64,000 nt of DNA from a virus, in the IMG/VR virus record IMGVR_UViG_2556921039_000001. One strand, 5' to 3'. The notes under the pieces are model-generated. The model made no database searches. It was given only the letters and a program-made list of their open reading frames with translations, and was not told the origin of the DNA. Made by a program: the position numbers and the translations under genes. Shown piece by piece: positions 9,960 through 21,200 of this stretch (its first letter is position 1; each line of letters opens with the position of its first letter).

Positions 9960-10764
9960 TGTTCTAGGGACTGAAATCGCCTATTATCAATACGAGGAAA
10001 ACGACTTTATATCTTTAACTGATATGGTTAAGAATATTGAAAACGGATTAGCTCTGATTGAAAAATGGTTAAGAAATAAAAACACTATTGAATTCCTTGG
10101 TATTTGGGAAGAAATATACAACCCGGATTTTAATTCCCCCGAATTCGAGGGAATTAAAAATCAGGCTGGTTTAAATAGATTTGTTTTATCTGTTAAGCAA
10201 TGGGTAGAAAAAACAAACTCAAAGGGCATTATTGCTAAGGCTGGAAGATACGGCGGGACTTATGCACACAAAGACATCGCTTTTGAATTTGCTTCTTGGA
10301 TTTCCCCACAGTTCAAACTATATCTCATAAAAGAATTTCAGCGGCTTAAAGACGAAGAAAGAAAACAGCTTGGTTGGGATATAAGAAGAAATCTAACCAA
10401 AATAAACTATCGTATTCATACCGATGCCATAAAAGAAAACCTCATACCGACAGAGCTGAGTAAATCACAGATTAGCCGAATCTACGCATCTGAGGCGGAC
10501 ATTTTAAACATGGCTCTTTTTGGAATGACAGCTGCACAGTGGCGGGATCAAAACCTTGATAAGAAAGGAAATATAAGAGACTATGCTGATGTTTCACAGT
10601 TGGTCTGCCTTGCTAATCTTGAAAATCTTAATGCTCTTTTTATCAATGAAGGACTGCCACAGGAAACTCGTCTTGAAAGGCTTAATAAGATTGCCATACA
10701 GCAAATGCGAATTTTAACAAATGGATCAAGTATTAAAAGGCTGGAGGGCAATAACAATGAGTGA
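9946..10764 (+). CDS. KilA-N domain DNA-binding protein inside the hsd operon
   Basis: FISLTDM...[15 protein letters not shown]...[22 protein letters not shown]; overlaps the hsdM stop and the hsdS start. Confidence 0.88.
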   Translation: MAKINVLGTEIAYYQYEENDFISLTDMVKNIENGLALIEKWLRNKNTIEFLGIWEEIYNPDFNSPEFEGIKNQAGLNRFVLSVKQWVEKTNSKGIIAKAGRYGGTYAHKDIAFEFASWISPQFKLYLIKEFQRLKDEERKQLGWDIRRNLTKINYRIHTDAIKENLIPTELSKSQISRIYASEADILNMALFGMTAAQWRDQNLDKKGNIRDYADVSQLVCLANLENLNALFINEGLPQETRLERLNKIAIQQMRILTNGSSIKRLEGNNNE

Positions 10765-11962
10765 GTGGAAGGAAGTAAAATTGGGGGACGTGGCTGAGCT
10801 TATTAAAGATAAGTATAGCCCGCAAAAAGGTGATGGATTATTTTACATTGGTTTGGAACATATACAGGAGCAATCTTTAAGACTTAATGGTATTGGATGT
10901 TCTGATAATATAACCAGTAATAAATTCTATTTTGAAGAAGGAGACATTCTTTTTGGTAAATTGAGACCGTACTTTAGAAAAGTAATCATACCCAAATTTA
11001 GTGGTGTGTGTTCTACAGATATTTGGGTAGTACGTTCAAAAAATGGAGTAGACCAAAAATATTTATTCTACTTATTTGCCAATAAAGAATTTGTTGATTT
11101 ATCTAATTCTGGTGAAGCAGGAACACGAATGCCCCGGGCCGATTGGAATTTTATGAGCCAGTCATTATGGAATATCCCAAATTCTAAGGAAGAACAAAAA
11201 GTAATAGCTTCCGTTCTAAGCAGTCTAGACGATAAAATAGATCTACTGCATCGTCAAAATGAAACTCTCGAAGCAATGGCAGAAACACTTTTTAGACAGT
11301 GGTTTGTCGAGGAAACAGACGATGGTTGGGAGAAAACGACACTTGATCAACATATTGAAGTTTTTCGTGGGATTAGTTATAAAGGAAGTGGTTTAACTGA
11401 AAGAGATTTCGGGCTACCAATGCATAACTTGAATTCTGTTTGTGAAGGAGGAGGTTATAAATATGAAGGTATTAAATTTTATAAAGGTGAATACAAAGAA
11501 AAACATTTAATTAATTCTAGGGATATAATTGTAACAAATACTGAGCAAGGGCATGAATTTAAATTAATTGGATTTCCAGCGGTAGTACCTGATTTATTTG
11601 GCAACTTAGGTTTATTCAGTCAACACATTTATAAGATTTGTCCAAAGAAACAAACCTATCTTTCAAGAGAATTTATTTATTATTTATTAATGACACCATT
11701 AGTAAGAGAGCAAATTATTTCAGCAACTAATGGATCAACAGTAAATATGCTTGCAATAGATGGGCTTCAAAGGCCAGAATTTCAACTGCCACCGAAAGAA
11801 ACAATAATCAAGTTTACAAGAATCATTGAAGGGTATTGGAAAAAGAAAGATGTAAATAGAAAACAAGTCTACACACTAGAACAACTGCGGGATACGTTAT
11901 TACCAAAACTAATCAGCGGTGAAGTTAGAGTTGATTATAAAGATCAACGAGGCTCTGACTAA
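10757..11962 (+). CDS. hsdS: Type I RM specificity subunit
   Basis: Two TRDs; conserved EEQKVIASVLSSLDDKI and LRDTLLPKLISGEVRV helices. Confidence 0.95.
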   Translation: MSEWKEVKLGDVAELIKDKYSPQKGDGLFYIGLEHIQEQSLRLNGIGCSDNITSNKFYFEEGDILFGKLRPYFRKVIIPKFSGVCSTDIWVVRSKNGVDQKYLFYLFANKEFVDLSNSGEAGTRMPRADWNFMSQSLWNIPNSKEEQKVIASVLSSLDDKIDLLHRQNETLEAMAETLFRQWFVEETDDGWEKTTLDQHIEVFRGISYKGSGLTERDFGLPMHNLNSVCEGGGYKYEGIKFYKGEYKEKHLINSRDIIVTNTEQGHEFKLIGFPAVVPDLFGNLGLFSQHIYKICPKKQTYLSREFIYYLLMTPLVREQIISATNGSTVNMLAIDGLQRPEFQLPPKETIIKFTRIIEGYWKKKDVNRKQVYTLEQLRDTLLPKLISGEVRVDYKDQRGSD

Positions 11963-12011
11963 TTGAAAAGTTAAAAGCATAAAGCATTTATTGAATGGGA
12001 AGAAGGTGAGA

Positions 12012-15000
12012 ATGGTGATGAATAGAATAACTGAAAATGTGATAGAAGAATTTGCCATTGAGTTATTAGAAAAATCAGGCTATCAATACATATATGCCCC
12101 AGATATTGCACCAGATAGTGATGCACCGGAAAGACAATCCTTTGAAGATGTGCTGTTGCTGGAACACCTGAAAACAGCCATTGGCAGAATAAATCCTAAA
12201 ATTCCTACTGATGCCCGGGAAGATGCAATCAAACAAATACAACGTTTAAATTCACCTGAACTGATAACCAATAATGAAGCATTTCACAGGATGCTTACAG
12301 AAGGTATAAAAGTAAGCTATCAGCAAGATGGAAACGACAGAGGAGATTTAGTCTGGCTGATTGATTTTAGTAAACCTGAAAATAATAATTTTATAGTTGC
12401 CAATCAGTTTACTATAATTGAAAACGGAGTAAATAAACGCCCTGATATTATTTTATTTGTAAACGGGATACCTCTGGTTATAATTGAACTGAAAAATCCT
12501 GCCGATGAAAATGCAACAGTAAAAGCAGCTTACCAACAATTACAAACCTACAAGCAAGCTATTCCAAGCCTCTTTACGTTCAATGCTTTTATGATAATAT
12601 CCGACGGTCTGGAAGCCAAAGCAGGTTCCCTTTCCGCAGGTTTAAGTCGCTTTATGACCTGGAAATCATCTGACGGTAAAACAGAAGCATCCCATCTCAT
12701 TGGACAACTGGAAACACTAATTAAAGGTATGCTCAATAAGGGAACATTGTTAGATCTGATTCGCCATTTTATCGTATTTGAAAAATCCAAAAAAGAGGAC
12801 AAAGAAACCGGTATCATCACCATTGAGACTGTCAAGAAATTAGCGGCTTATCATCAATATTATGCAGTAAACAGAGCTGTCGAGTCCACATTAAGAGCTG
12901 CAGGATACCTATCTCTAACGGTGAATGATGGTACAAATATCTTAATGGAAACACCGGAAAGCTATGGTGTGCCTGGTGTAAAACAACAACCGGTTGGAGA
13001 CCGTAAAGGTGGCGTAGTTTGGCATACCCAGGGCAGTGGGAAATCATTATCTATGGTGTTTTATACCGGGAAAATAGTTCTTGCCATGAATAACCCAACA
13101 GTAGTGATCATAACAGACCGGAATGATTTGGACGATCAGTTGTTTGATACGTTTGCATCTTCAAAGCAACTTCTCAGACAAGAGCCCGTGCAGGCAGAAG
13201 ACAGAGAACAATTAAAAGAGCTTCTAAAAGTTGCCTCGGGTGGTGTGGTATTTACAACTATTCAAAAGTTTCAACCGGATGAAGGCAATGTTTATGAGCA
13301 ACTTTCCGACAGGGAAAACATTATTGTTATAGCAGACGAAGCTCATCGCACACAATACGGCTTTAAAGCAAAGACAGTCGATGATAAGGATGAGCAGGGA
13401 AATATCATAGGCAAAAAAATAGTCTATGGTTTTGCGAAATATATGCGTGATGCACTACCTAATGCAACCTACCTTGGGTTTACAGGGACACCTATTGAAA
13501 ACACGGATGTAAATACACCTGCTGTTTTTGGCAATTATGTAGATGTCTACGATATAAGCCAGGCTGTTGATGACGGAGCAACGGTAAGGATTTATTATGA
13601 AAGCAGATTGGCTAAAATAAATCTCAGCGAAGAGGGAAAAAAGCTGGTGGCTGATTTGGATGATGAAATGGAAAAGGACGAGTTGACGGAAACCCAAAAG
13701 TCCAAGACAAAATGGACGCAACTGGAAGCCTTAATCGGTAGTGAAAATCGAATAAATCTGGTTGCTCAGGATATTGTTAATCATTTTGAACAAAGACAGG
13801 AAGTATTTGATGGCAAGGGTATGATAGTGTCCATGTCCAGAAGGATTGCTGCTGACCTATATGATGAAATTGTTAAGATTAAGCCTCAGTGGCACAGCAA
13901 TGACTTGAAAAAAGGCGTTATCAAAGTGGTGATGACTTCTTCATCTTCTGATGGACCCCAAATATCTAAGCATCATACAACAAAAGAGCAGAGAAGATTA
14001 CTGGCAGATAGGATGAAAGATCCAGAAGATGAGTTAAAACTGGTGATTGTTCGGGATATGTGGCTTACCGGTTTTGATGCTCCTTCGATGCATACTTTGT
14101 ATATTGATAAGCCTATGAAAGGTCATAACCTAATGCAGGCAATTGCCAGGGTTAACCGAGTATATAAAGACAAGCCCGGCGGTCTTGTGGTGGATTATCT
14201 TGGAATTGCCTCTGATCTGAAAAAAGCATTAGCTTTTTATTCTGATAGTGGAGGGAAAGGCGACCCTGCCATTGCTCAGGAAAAAGCAGTTCAGTTGATG
14301 TTGGAAAAGCTGGAAGTTGTTTCGCAGATGTACCATGGATTTTCTTATGAGAATTATTTTGATGCGGATACATCGATGAAACTATCTATAATCCTTGCAG
14401 CAGAGGAACATATTCTCGGTCTTGAAAACGGCAAAAAAAGATATATAGACGAAGTAACTGCATTCTCAAAAGCTTTTGCCATTGCTATTCCCCATGAACA
14501 AGCAATGGATGTGAAAGATGAAGTTGCGTTTTTTCAGGCTGTTAAATCCAGATTAGCCAAGTTTGATAGTACCGGCACTAGCAAAACAAATGAAGAAATG
14601 GATACTGCAATTAGGCAAGTTATTGATAAAGCTTTAGTAACAGAGCAAGTAATTGATGTGTTTGATGCTGCAGGGATTAAAAAACCCGATATTTCTATAC
14701 TCTCAGAAGAATTTCTTTTAGAAGTAAAAAATATGGAGCATAAAAATGTTGCTCTTGAGGTCCTTAAGAAATTGCTTAATGATGAAATAAAATCAAGGAC
14801 TAAAAAGAACATGGTACAAAGTAAAGCTTTAATGGAAATGCTAGAAAGTTCAATTAAAAAATATCACAATAAAATAATGACAGCTGCAGAAGTTATTGAA
14901 GAGTTGATTGCACTCAGTAAGGATATTCAAAAAATGGATAAAGAGCCACAAGAAATGGGCTTGTCAGAATATGAATACGCTTTTTATACGGCCATTGCAA

Positions 15001-15251
15001 ATAATAATAGTGCCAAAGAATTAATGCAAAAAGATAAATTGAGAGAGTTGGCTGTTGTATTGTTTGAAAAAGTGAGAGACAATGCATCAATTGACTGGAC
15101 AATAAAAGAAAGCGTAAAAGCAAAATTAAAAGTGATTGTAAAACGGACTTTAAGGCAATTTGGATATCCCCCGGATATGCAGAAACTGGCAACAGAAACA
15201 GTATTAAAACAGGCAGAACTTATTGCAGAGGAATTAACCAATAAAAGATAG
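12012..15251 (+). CDS. hsdR: Type I RM restriction subunit
   Basis: PD...IELK nuclease, WHTQGSGKS, DEAH, MWLTGFD, QAIARVNR. Confidence 0.97.
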   Translation: MVMNRITENVIEEFAIELLEKSGYQYIYAPDIAPDSDAPERQSFEDVLLLEHLKTAIGRINPKIPTDAREDAIKQIQRLNSPELITNNEAFHRMLTEGIKVSYQQDGNDRGDLVWLIDFSKPENNNFIVANQFTIIENGVNKRPDIILFVNGIPLVIIELKNPADENATVKAAYQQLQTYKQAIPSLFTFNAFMIISDGLEAKAGSLSAGLSRFMTWKSSDGKTEASHLIGQLETLIKGMLNKGTLLDLIRHFIVFEKSKKEDKETGIITIETVKKLAAYHQYYAVNRAVESTLRAAGYLSLTVNDGTNILMETPESYGVPGVKQQPVGDRKGGVVWHTQGSGKSLSMVFYTGKIVLAMNNPTVVIITDRNDLDDQLFDTFASSKQLLRQEPVQAEDREQLKELLKVASGGVVFTTIQKFQPDEGNVYEQLSDRENIIVIADEAHRTQYGFKAKTVDDKDEQGNIIGKKIVYGFAKYMRDALPNATYLGFTGTPIENTDVNTPAVFGNYVDVYDISQAVDDGATVRIYYESRLAKINLSEEGKKLVADLDDEMEKDELTETQKSKTKWTQLEALIGSENRINLVAQDIVNHFEQRQEVFDGKGMIVSMSRRIAADLYDEIVKIKPQWHSNDLKKGVIKVVMTSSSSDGPQISKHHTTKEQRRLLADRMKDPEDELKLVIVRDMWLTGFDAPSMHTLYIDKPMKGHNLMQAIARVNRVYKDKPGGLVVDYLGIASDLKKALAFYSDSGGKGDPAIAQEKAVQLMLEKLEVVSQMYHGFSYENYFDADTSMKLSIILAAEEHILGLENGKKRYIDEVTAFSKAFAIAIPHEQAMDVKDEVAFFQAVKSRLAKFDSTGTSKTNEEMDTAIRQVIDKALVTEQVIDVFDAAGIKKPDISILSEEFLLEVKNMEHKNVALEVLKKLLNDEIKSRTKKNMVQSKALMEMLESSIKKYHNKIMTAAEVIEELIALSKDIQKMDKEPQEMGLSEYEYAFYTAIANNNSAKELMQKDKLRELAVVLFEKVRDNASIDWTIKESVKAKLKVIVKRTLRQFGYPPDMQKLATETVLKQAELIAEELTNKR

Positions 15252-15452
15252 AATGTTTCTTAGAGCGAACTTTCTAAAATTATTGGATAGTTCAGATTTA
15301 CATAATACGGCTTAATATTAAGGAGATTTAATAAAAGTACTACTTTAGAAATAAAAACCAAGACGGATATTGAAATTAATATCTGAGCAAGACAATATTA
15401 ATAAACAACTCAAAATGTTATAGAAATAGCTTTTGGGGGTGAGCGAGATATA

Positions 15453-18278
15453 ATGAATATTTATGAGAAATTTGGGAATAGATTTGAAAAGCGGATTCAA
15501 AGATTGCAAAATAAATATGATGACAAAATATTATTAGGATTTATCAAGGTTTCTGATGAGGAATATGATGATCTAAAAATACATTCTCGCTCCCTTTTAC
15601 AGAAGTATCCTGTTGAAATAATTAAAAGCTATTCTGAGTGTTGCCTAATAATTGTTCTGACATTGGTTCAGATTGCTATTAGAGAGGTGTCCGAAGAAGG
15701 CGAACGTGAATTTTGGGTTATTGTTTGTAATATTTTGGACATTGATTATAAAAGTGTTTTAAAAAGCAAAGATATTCTTTTAAAATATTTAAAATTCAAC
15801 GATTATTTCTTTTATATGAACGACAAACAACATGAGTACGTTAGAACTGTTGATTGCCATGCTGTTATACCAAGTATCTCTGCATATAAATTGTATAACT
15901 TCCTGTACGATGCTTATTTAAGGGATTTGGAAGAAGAATATGATGCAAGCTTAATTGATGAGTATATAGACATTATGTTTGAATATTTTAACGCTTACAT
16001 AAATTTTGATGATGAAAGTGATAATATTTTGTCAAGTGGTATCAAAATAAGCAAGCACTATATGTTAACAAAGCCTTTTCGTGTTGCCTGTTTAAATCAT
16101 AGAAAAATAATGAAAGATTTTATTAATAAGACTATTTTTCACATCGATCAAGTATCCTTTAAAGGTATGTTTCCAGAAGATTCAGAACTATTTTCTAAAG
16201 AATTTGTTTCATGGTGGAAAAATAAACAACAAGAAAAATTGGTTAATTATGAAGTCGATTTAAAAGAAATGCGAACTCATAAGGAGGAACAAACTAGACG
16301 TGAAAAAAGATTTATTTCAGCATATTACCAACTAAAAGAAACGGAACTTATACTAAACATTCCACAGCAGCGTCTTACATTAAACCAGATTGAAAATGAA
16401 ATAATTTTGAATTTATATAATGGTGGAGAATTGTTACCTCAGTTCACCAAAAAACTCAAGGTATTTGGACATGTTATGTTTAGGACTGAGGAAGAAATTA
16501 TAAAACTCAATCGTATATATAATGAGCTTCGATATGAAATAATTAGTGGCACCGAAATTGTTTATGATTCAAAGGAAACACTTTTTAGGAGTGGCCTACT
16601 TTTTAGTTCAGACGGTTTGGACGAGATAAATGGAAAAGACCTCTGTGTTGGAGATATTAAAGTTGTTGCCGCATTAGATACAGAATTAGTGCCGGACTGT
16701 AATTTTGATAGAATAACTCAAGATAATTATGTGATTTATGTATTGTTTTTACGTGAGAATTCCAGTTTTCTTTTGGATAATAGGTTTTATTCTCTTGAAC
16801 AGCAAATGTACGAAAGTCGATTAAACTACGAATATAAATATAAAGGGGCTTACATATATCATAAAGGGAAATCTTATAACATTTTTACTGCATTGCCTTC
16901 CTTTGGCATTCGGTGTGAGGGTACTGTCAATGCTAAAAAATATGTTGTAAACATAAATGAAAACCAATTACGCTTGTCAGGCTTTGGTAAAATTAAGTTT
17001 TTTATGGTTGAAGACGGCTCTGGTGACGATTATATTTCATGTATATTGAATGAAAGACAAGTGCAGGATTATAAATTTTATTCATTAACTGTTCGCAAAG
17101 CAGGAGACTCAAAGCTGATAATTAAAGAGGATTTTATAATTATCCCCGACTTTAGATGTAACTTTGAAAAAGAAATATACTATAACGAAAAAACTGTTAA
17201 TATTTCAAGAATAACAGGAGATAATATTTGCTTTCATGATATTCAGTTCCCTTTTTCAGTTCATTGTGGTGCAGAAAACATTGCTAGAATCAAATGCCAA
17301 ATTGACGGGGCTTTATGTGAAATGGTTATTGAATTACCGGTTGTTTCATGGAAGCTAGGTAATTACTCACCTGAAAACAACGAAACAGTTATTTGGCATA
17401 ATAGCATTCATGATTATATTTTTACTCTAAAATGGTACTTTAATACTCCAAACCTGCTAATTAACAAAGAACAAACAGTTAATGGAGATAAAAGATACAC
17501 AGCAATTTATTACGATTTAAAGAGTTTTTTTGAATTAGAAAAAGATTTTGAAGTAGGTGTGGAGATTGCTGGGAAATATATAAAATTTGCAAGCATTACC
17601 TTCACGCCCAAAGTCACAGAAGCGGATTTTGTTTACAATAAGAATCTGCAGGCGGTTTTTGGATTTTGGAAATTTATTGGGGAAGGGAGCTTGCAAATCA
17701 AGATTACCTCAAGGGAAAACGGCTATTTGGTATTTAAGAAACAATTTGATGGTGTTAATAGCTTTGAAGAACCTATAAATTTACCTTACGGCTTTTATAA
17801 CGTTACAATTACTCAAAAGCAAGAAGATGAATTTGGTGAGTCAGGAAATGATGAAGTGCTCTTACACGAAAGCACGCTTATAGTAGGAGATAAATTCTAT
17901 CTTTTGCTAAAAGGTAAAGAAGTGAAGATCGATAACTGCTTTTACTTTGACAAACGGTTTGAAGTGGAGAATTTCTTTTTTGACAGCATTAGAATTGAAC
18001 AGGAAAATTTACTATATACGGCATCTGCTTTCTTTTATAAACGTAAAATGCAAACCGGCGAGTTGTTTAAATGGTATATAAATGAGAACAATCCGGTAAA
18101 AATTGAAATTATCGATGTTGATGAATATCAATTTACTATAGAGATTAGAGAACAAAGTGACGATGGTTTTATTTATGATAAAAAAACTAAACATATTATG
18201 CCGGATGGCGGACAAAAAGATAGGAAACGGTATCAAACCGCAGATTATTATATTGTGAATTTGGGGGGATTGTCATGA
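15453..18278 (+). CDS. Large hypothetical protein (941 aa), positional DruH-like partner of a DUF1998 helicase
   Basis: Helical N-terminal third and beta-rich remainder; ATGA overlap with the helicase; no catalytic motif recognised. Confidence 0.6.
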   Translation: MNIYEKFGNRFEKRIQRLQNKYDDKILLGFIKVSDEEYDDLKIHSRSLLQKYPVEIIKSYSECCLIIVLTLVQIAIREVSEEGEREFWVIVCNILDIDYKSVLKSKDILLKYLKFNDYFFYMNDKQHEYVRTVDCHAVIPSISAYKLYNFLYDAYLRDLEEEYDASLIDEYIDIMFEYFNAYINFDDESDNILSSGIKISKHYMLTKPFRVACLNHRKIMKDFINKTIFHIDQVSFKGMFPEDSELFSKEFVSWWKNKQQEKLVNYEVDLKEMRTHKEEQTRREKRFISAYYQLKETELILNIPQQRLTLNQIENEIILNLYNGGELLPQFTKKLKVFGHVMFRTEEEIIKLNRIYNELRYEIISGTEIVYDSKETLFRSGLLFSSDGLDEINGKDLCVGDIKVVAALDTELVPDCNFDRITQDNYVIYVLFLRENSSFLLDNRFYSLEQQMYESRLNYEYKYKGAYIYHKGKSYNIFTALPSFGIRCEGTVNAKKYVVNINENQLRLSGFGKIKFFMVEDGSGDDYISCILNERQVQDYKFYSLTVRKAGDSKLIIKEDFIIIPDFRCNFEKEIYYNEKTVNISRITGDNICFHDIQFPFSVHCGAENIARIKCQIDGALCEMVIELPVVSWKLGNYSPENNETVIWHNSIHDYIFTLKWYFNTPNLLINKEQTVNGDKRYTAIYYDLKSFFELEKDFEVGVEIAGKYIKFASITFTPKVTEADFVYNKNLQAVFGFWKFIGEGSLQIKITSRENGYLVFKKQFDGVNSFEEPINLPYGFYNVTITQKQEDEFGESGNDEVLLHESTLIVGDKFYLLLKGKEVKIDNCFYFDKRFEVENFFFDSIRIEQENLLYTASAFFYKRKMQTGELFKWYINENNPVKIEIIDVDEYQFTIEIREQSDDGFIYDKKTKHIMPDGGQKDRKRYQTADYYIVNLGGLS

Positions 18279-21200
18279 ATTTTAATCCCATAAAGGCGTC
18301 GAGTGAAATTGTTGATAAATACATACGCTACATAAACACTTCACTTTATATTAAAGATAACAACTATATGAAGCAGCTTAAGGAGATATTAAAGCAAAAA
18401 AATAAAATCGCAAAAGGGCCTTATCTTGATGTATCTGATACCTTTGAAAAGGGGCATACACTAATAGAGTTAATAAACGAGGGGATATTATGTCCTGAGA
18501 TGCTTAATATAAAAAGCCGCAAGTTACCACTGGAAAGACCTTTATATGCACACCAAGAGGAAGCGATTAACAAGGTGATAAAGGGTAAAAATCTAGTGGT
18601 TTCTACGGGTACGGGATCAGGTAAAACGGAATCCTTTTTAATCCCTATTCTTAATCATCTAACAGAACAAAAACAAAATAATATACTCACTCCCGGCGGC
18701 GTTCGGGCGTTGATTATCTATCCTATGAACGCTTTAGCTAACGACCAACTAAAACGGATGAGAGATTTACTTGAGAACTACAAATATATCACCTTTGGTG
18801 CATATACAGGAGAAACAAAACCAAAATATAAAGACGCCTTGGCAAAATATAAAAGTTTAAATAAGCAAGAACCTTTGCCTAACGAGCTTATTTCTCGTGA
18901 GCAAATGAAGAAAACTCCTCCGCATATTTTAATCACAAACTATGCAATGTTAGAGTATTTAATGATTAGACCTGGAGATAAAGTTTTTTTTGGTGGCGAA
19001 AACTCAAATAACTGGAGATTTATTGTCCTTGATGAAGCTCATACATATACAGGAGCAACTGGTATCGAAGTATCGATGCTTTTACGGCGATTGGAAGCTT
19101 CTTTAAGTACAAAAGAAAAACTGCAATATATTCTAACTAGTGCTACGTTGGGTAACAACGAAGAAGACAATGATGATGTTGTCAGTTTTGCAAAGCTACT
19201 ATGTTGTGGAGCTGATTTTGACGCTTCATCCGTTGTTAGAGCGACGAGAAAGCCTGTAGTGCCACAAACTGATGTAAAAAATATTCAATTAAGCTTGTAT
19301 TCTGAAATTAAGGAACTATTAGAGAAAAATGAAACAGTAAATCAGATATATTCGTTTTTGAAAGTAAATAACATAGATATGCCTTATTCTGATAATATAA
19401 ACGAGCTTTTATTTGAGCTTATTAGGCACGATAGTAATTATTATAAGATAAAGAATTACTTGAAAAATAATCCACAGACAGTTTATAAGCTAACGACAGA
19501 TTTACAGCTAAATATTGATGATTTGGTTAATTTTATTACGGTTGCAAGCAAAGCTATAAAGAATAATGAGTCCGTTCTTGAAGCAAGATACCACATGTTT
19601 GTACGGGCAATTGAAGGAGTTTATATTACCTTAAAGCCGCACAAGCAATTGTTTGTTGAGCCAATGGAACTTGTACCGGTTGGGGATGTTAAATACAGGG
19701 CATATGAATTGTCTGTTTGTCAGAATTGCGGTGAATTGTTTATTGTCGGCTATATTGACGAAAATAATGTATTGCGGCAGCTTGCAAGAGGTAAAGAGGT
19801 TGACGATATAAAAAAAGAGTATTTTATGTTGGCAGTTGAAAATTTTCGTGACGAAGAATCTGAAGAAGATGAGTTTGAAGTTGTCGCCGATGATGAATTG
19901 TATTATTTATGCAGCTTATGCGGTGCTATTGACCGTGTTACTTCGCATAATGGTAAACCTTGTAATTGTGGACATATTTACCTTAATAAAGTAAAAAAAA
20001 TAGTGCCAAAAGGGAAAGTTTTGCATAAATGCCCTTCCTGTTCTTTTGTCAACAATAAAATCAGCGTTCTTCGAGATTTCTATATTGGGCAAGAAGCGGC
20101 AGCCAGCGTTATTGGTACTAGCCTTTATGAGGAATTACCGTCCTATGAAGTCAAAAGAGAAATAATAGAAATAAAAGATGACGATGAGTTTGGAACAAGT
20201 AGGGGTATTACCAAGGTTAATAAATGGAAAAACCATCTATCCAAGCAATATCTTGTTTTTTCGGATAGTAGGCAGGAAGCTGCTTATTTTGCGAGCTATT
20301 TTGACTTTTCGTATAATAATATTTTAAGAAAGCGACTTATCGTAGAGGCTCTCAAAAGGAATGTTGATGCTATTCCTCCAGATGGATGGAGTATTGAAAG
20401 ATTTGTGCATGAATTGGTGCTTCTATTTAATGAATATAAAATATTTAATGATGAGGACGAACGTGAGAGAGAAGCATGGAAAACTATCCTATACGAGGTA
20501 TGTAATAATGATGGACGATTTGGACTTGAAGGGTTAGGTGTACTTTCATTTGAATTTGCTCCAGTAAAAGATGCATTGCATGATTTTACGACAGAGGAAA
20601 CCGAAGCCTTGCAAAAAATCCTTGCTAATAGCTTTAGAAACAATGGTAAACTGTGGTATAACTATAATAAATTGACTGAACGAGATAAGGAGTATTTTCT
20701 ATATAAAGCACATGATAGCTATATGACGTTGCTTTCTGATAAAAAATTGACGTATGTACAAAGCTGGTGTTCAAAAGGTAATAAAGGTAATGGACGGACA
20801 AGCTATATTGAAAAAATTACCGGTTGGGATAGAGAAAAAGCGAATAGGTTTTTGAAACGTATGTGGGAAAAGGTTTTTAGCCAAGGTGATATTTTGATAG
20901 TTTGTGATGGTGATAAATATAAATTGAATTTATCGAAGTTTAAGGTAAAAAATGGGCTTAGTTCAGGAATTAAATGGTATGAATGCGATAAATGTAACAG
21001 AATTACGCCATACAATATAAGAAATGTTTGCCCAGAGTATATGTGTGATGGAAAATTAGATGAGTGCAATATTGATCAGGAATTAAACGATAATCATTAC
21101 AGACAGCTATTCTTGAATCTTGATATTTCACCACTAACTATTAAAGAGCATACCGCACAATTAAGTTCTGAAACGGCAAGAGTTTATCAGGAGAAGTTTG

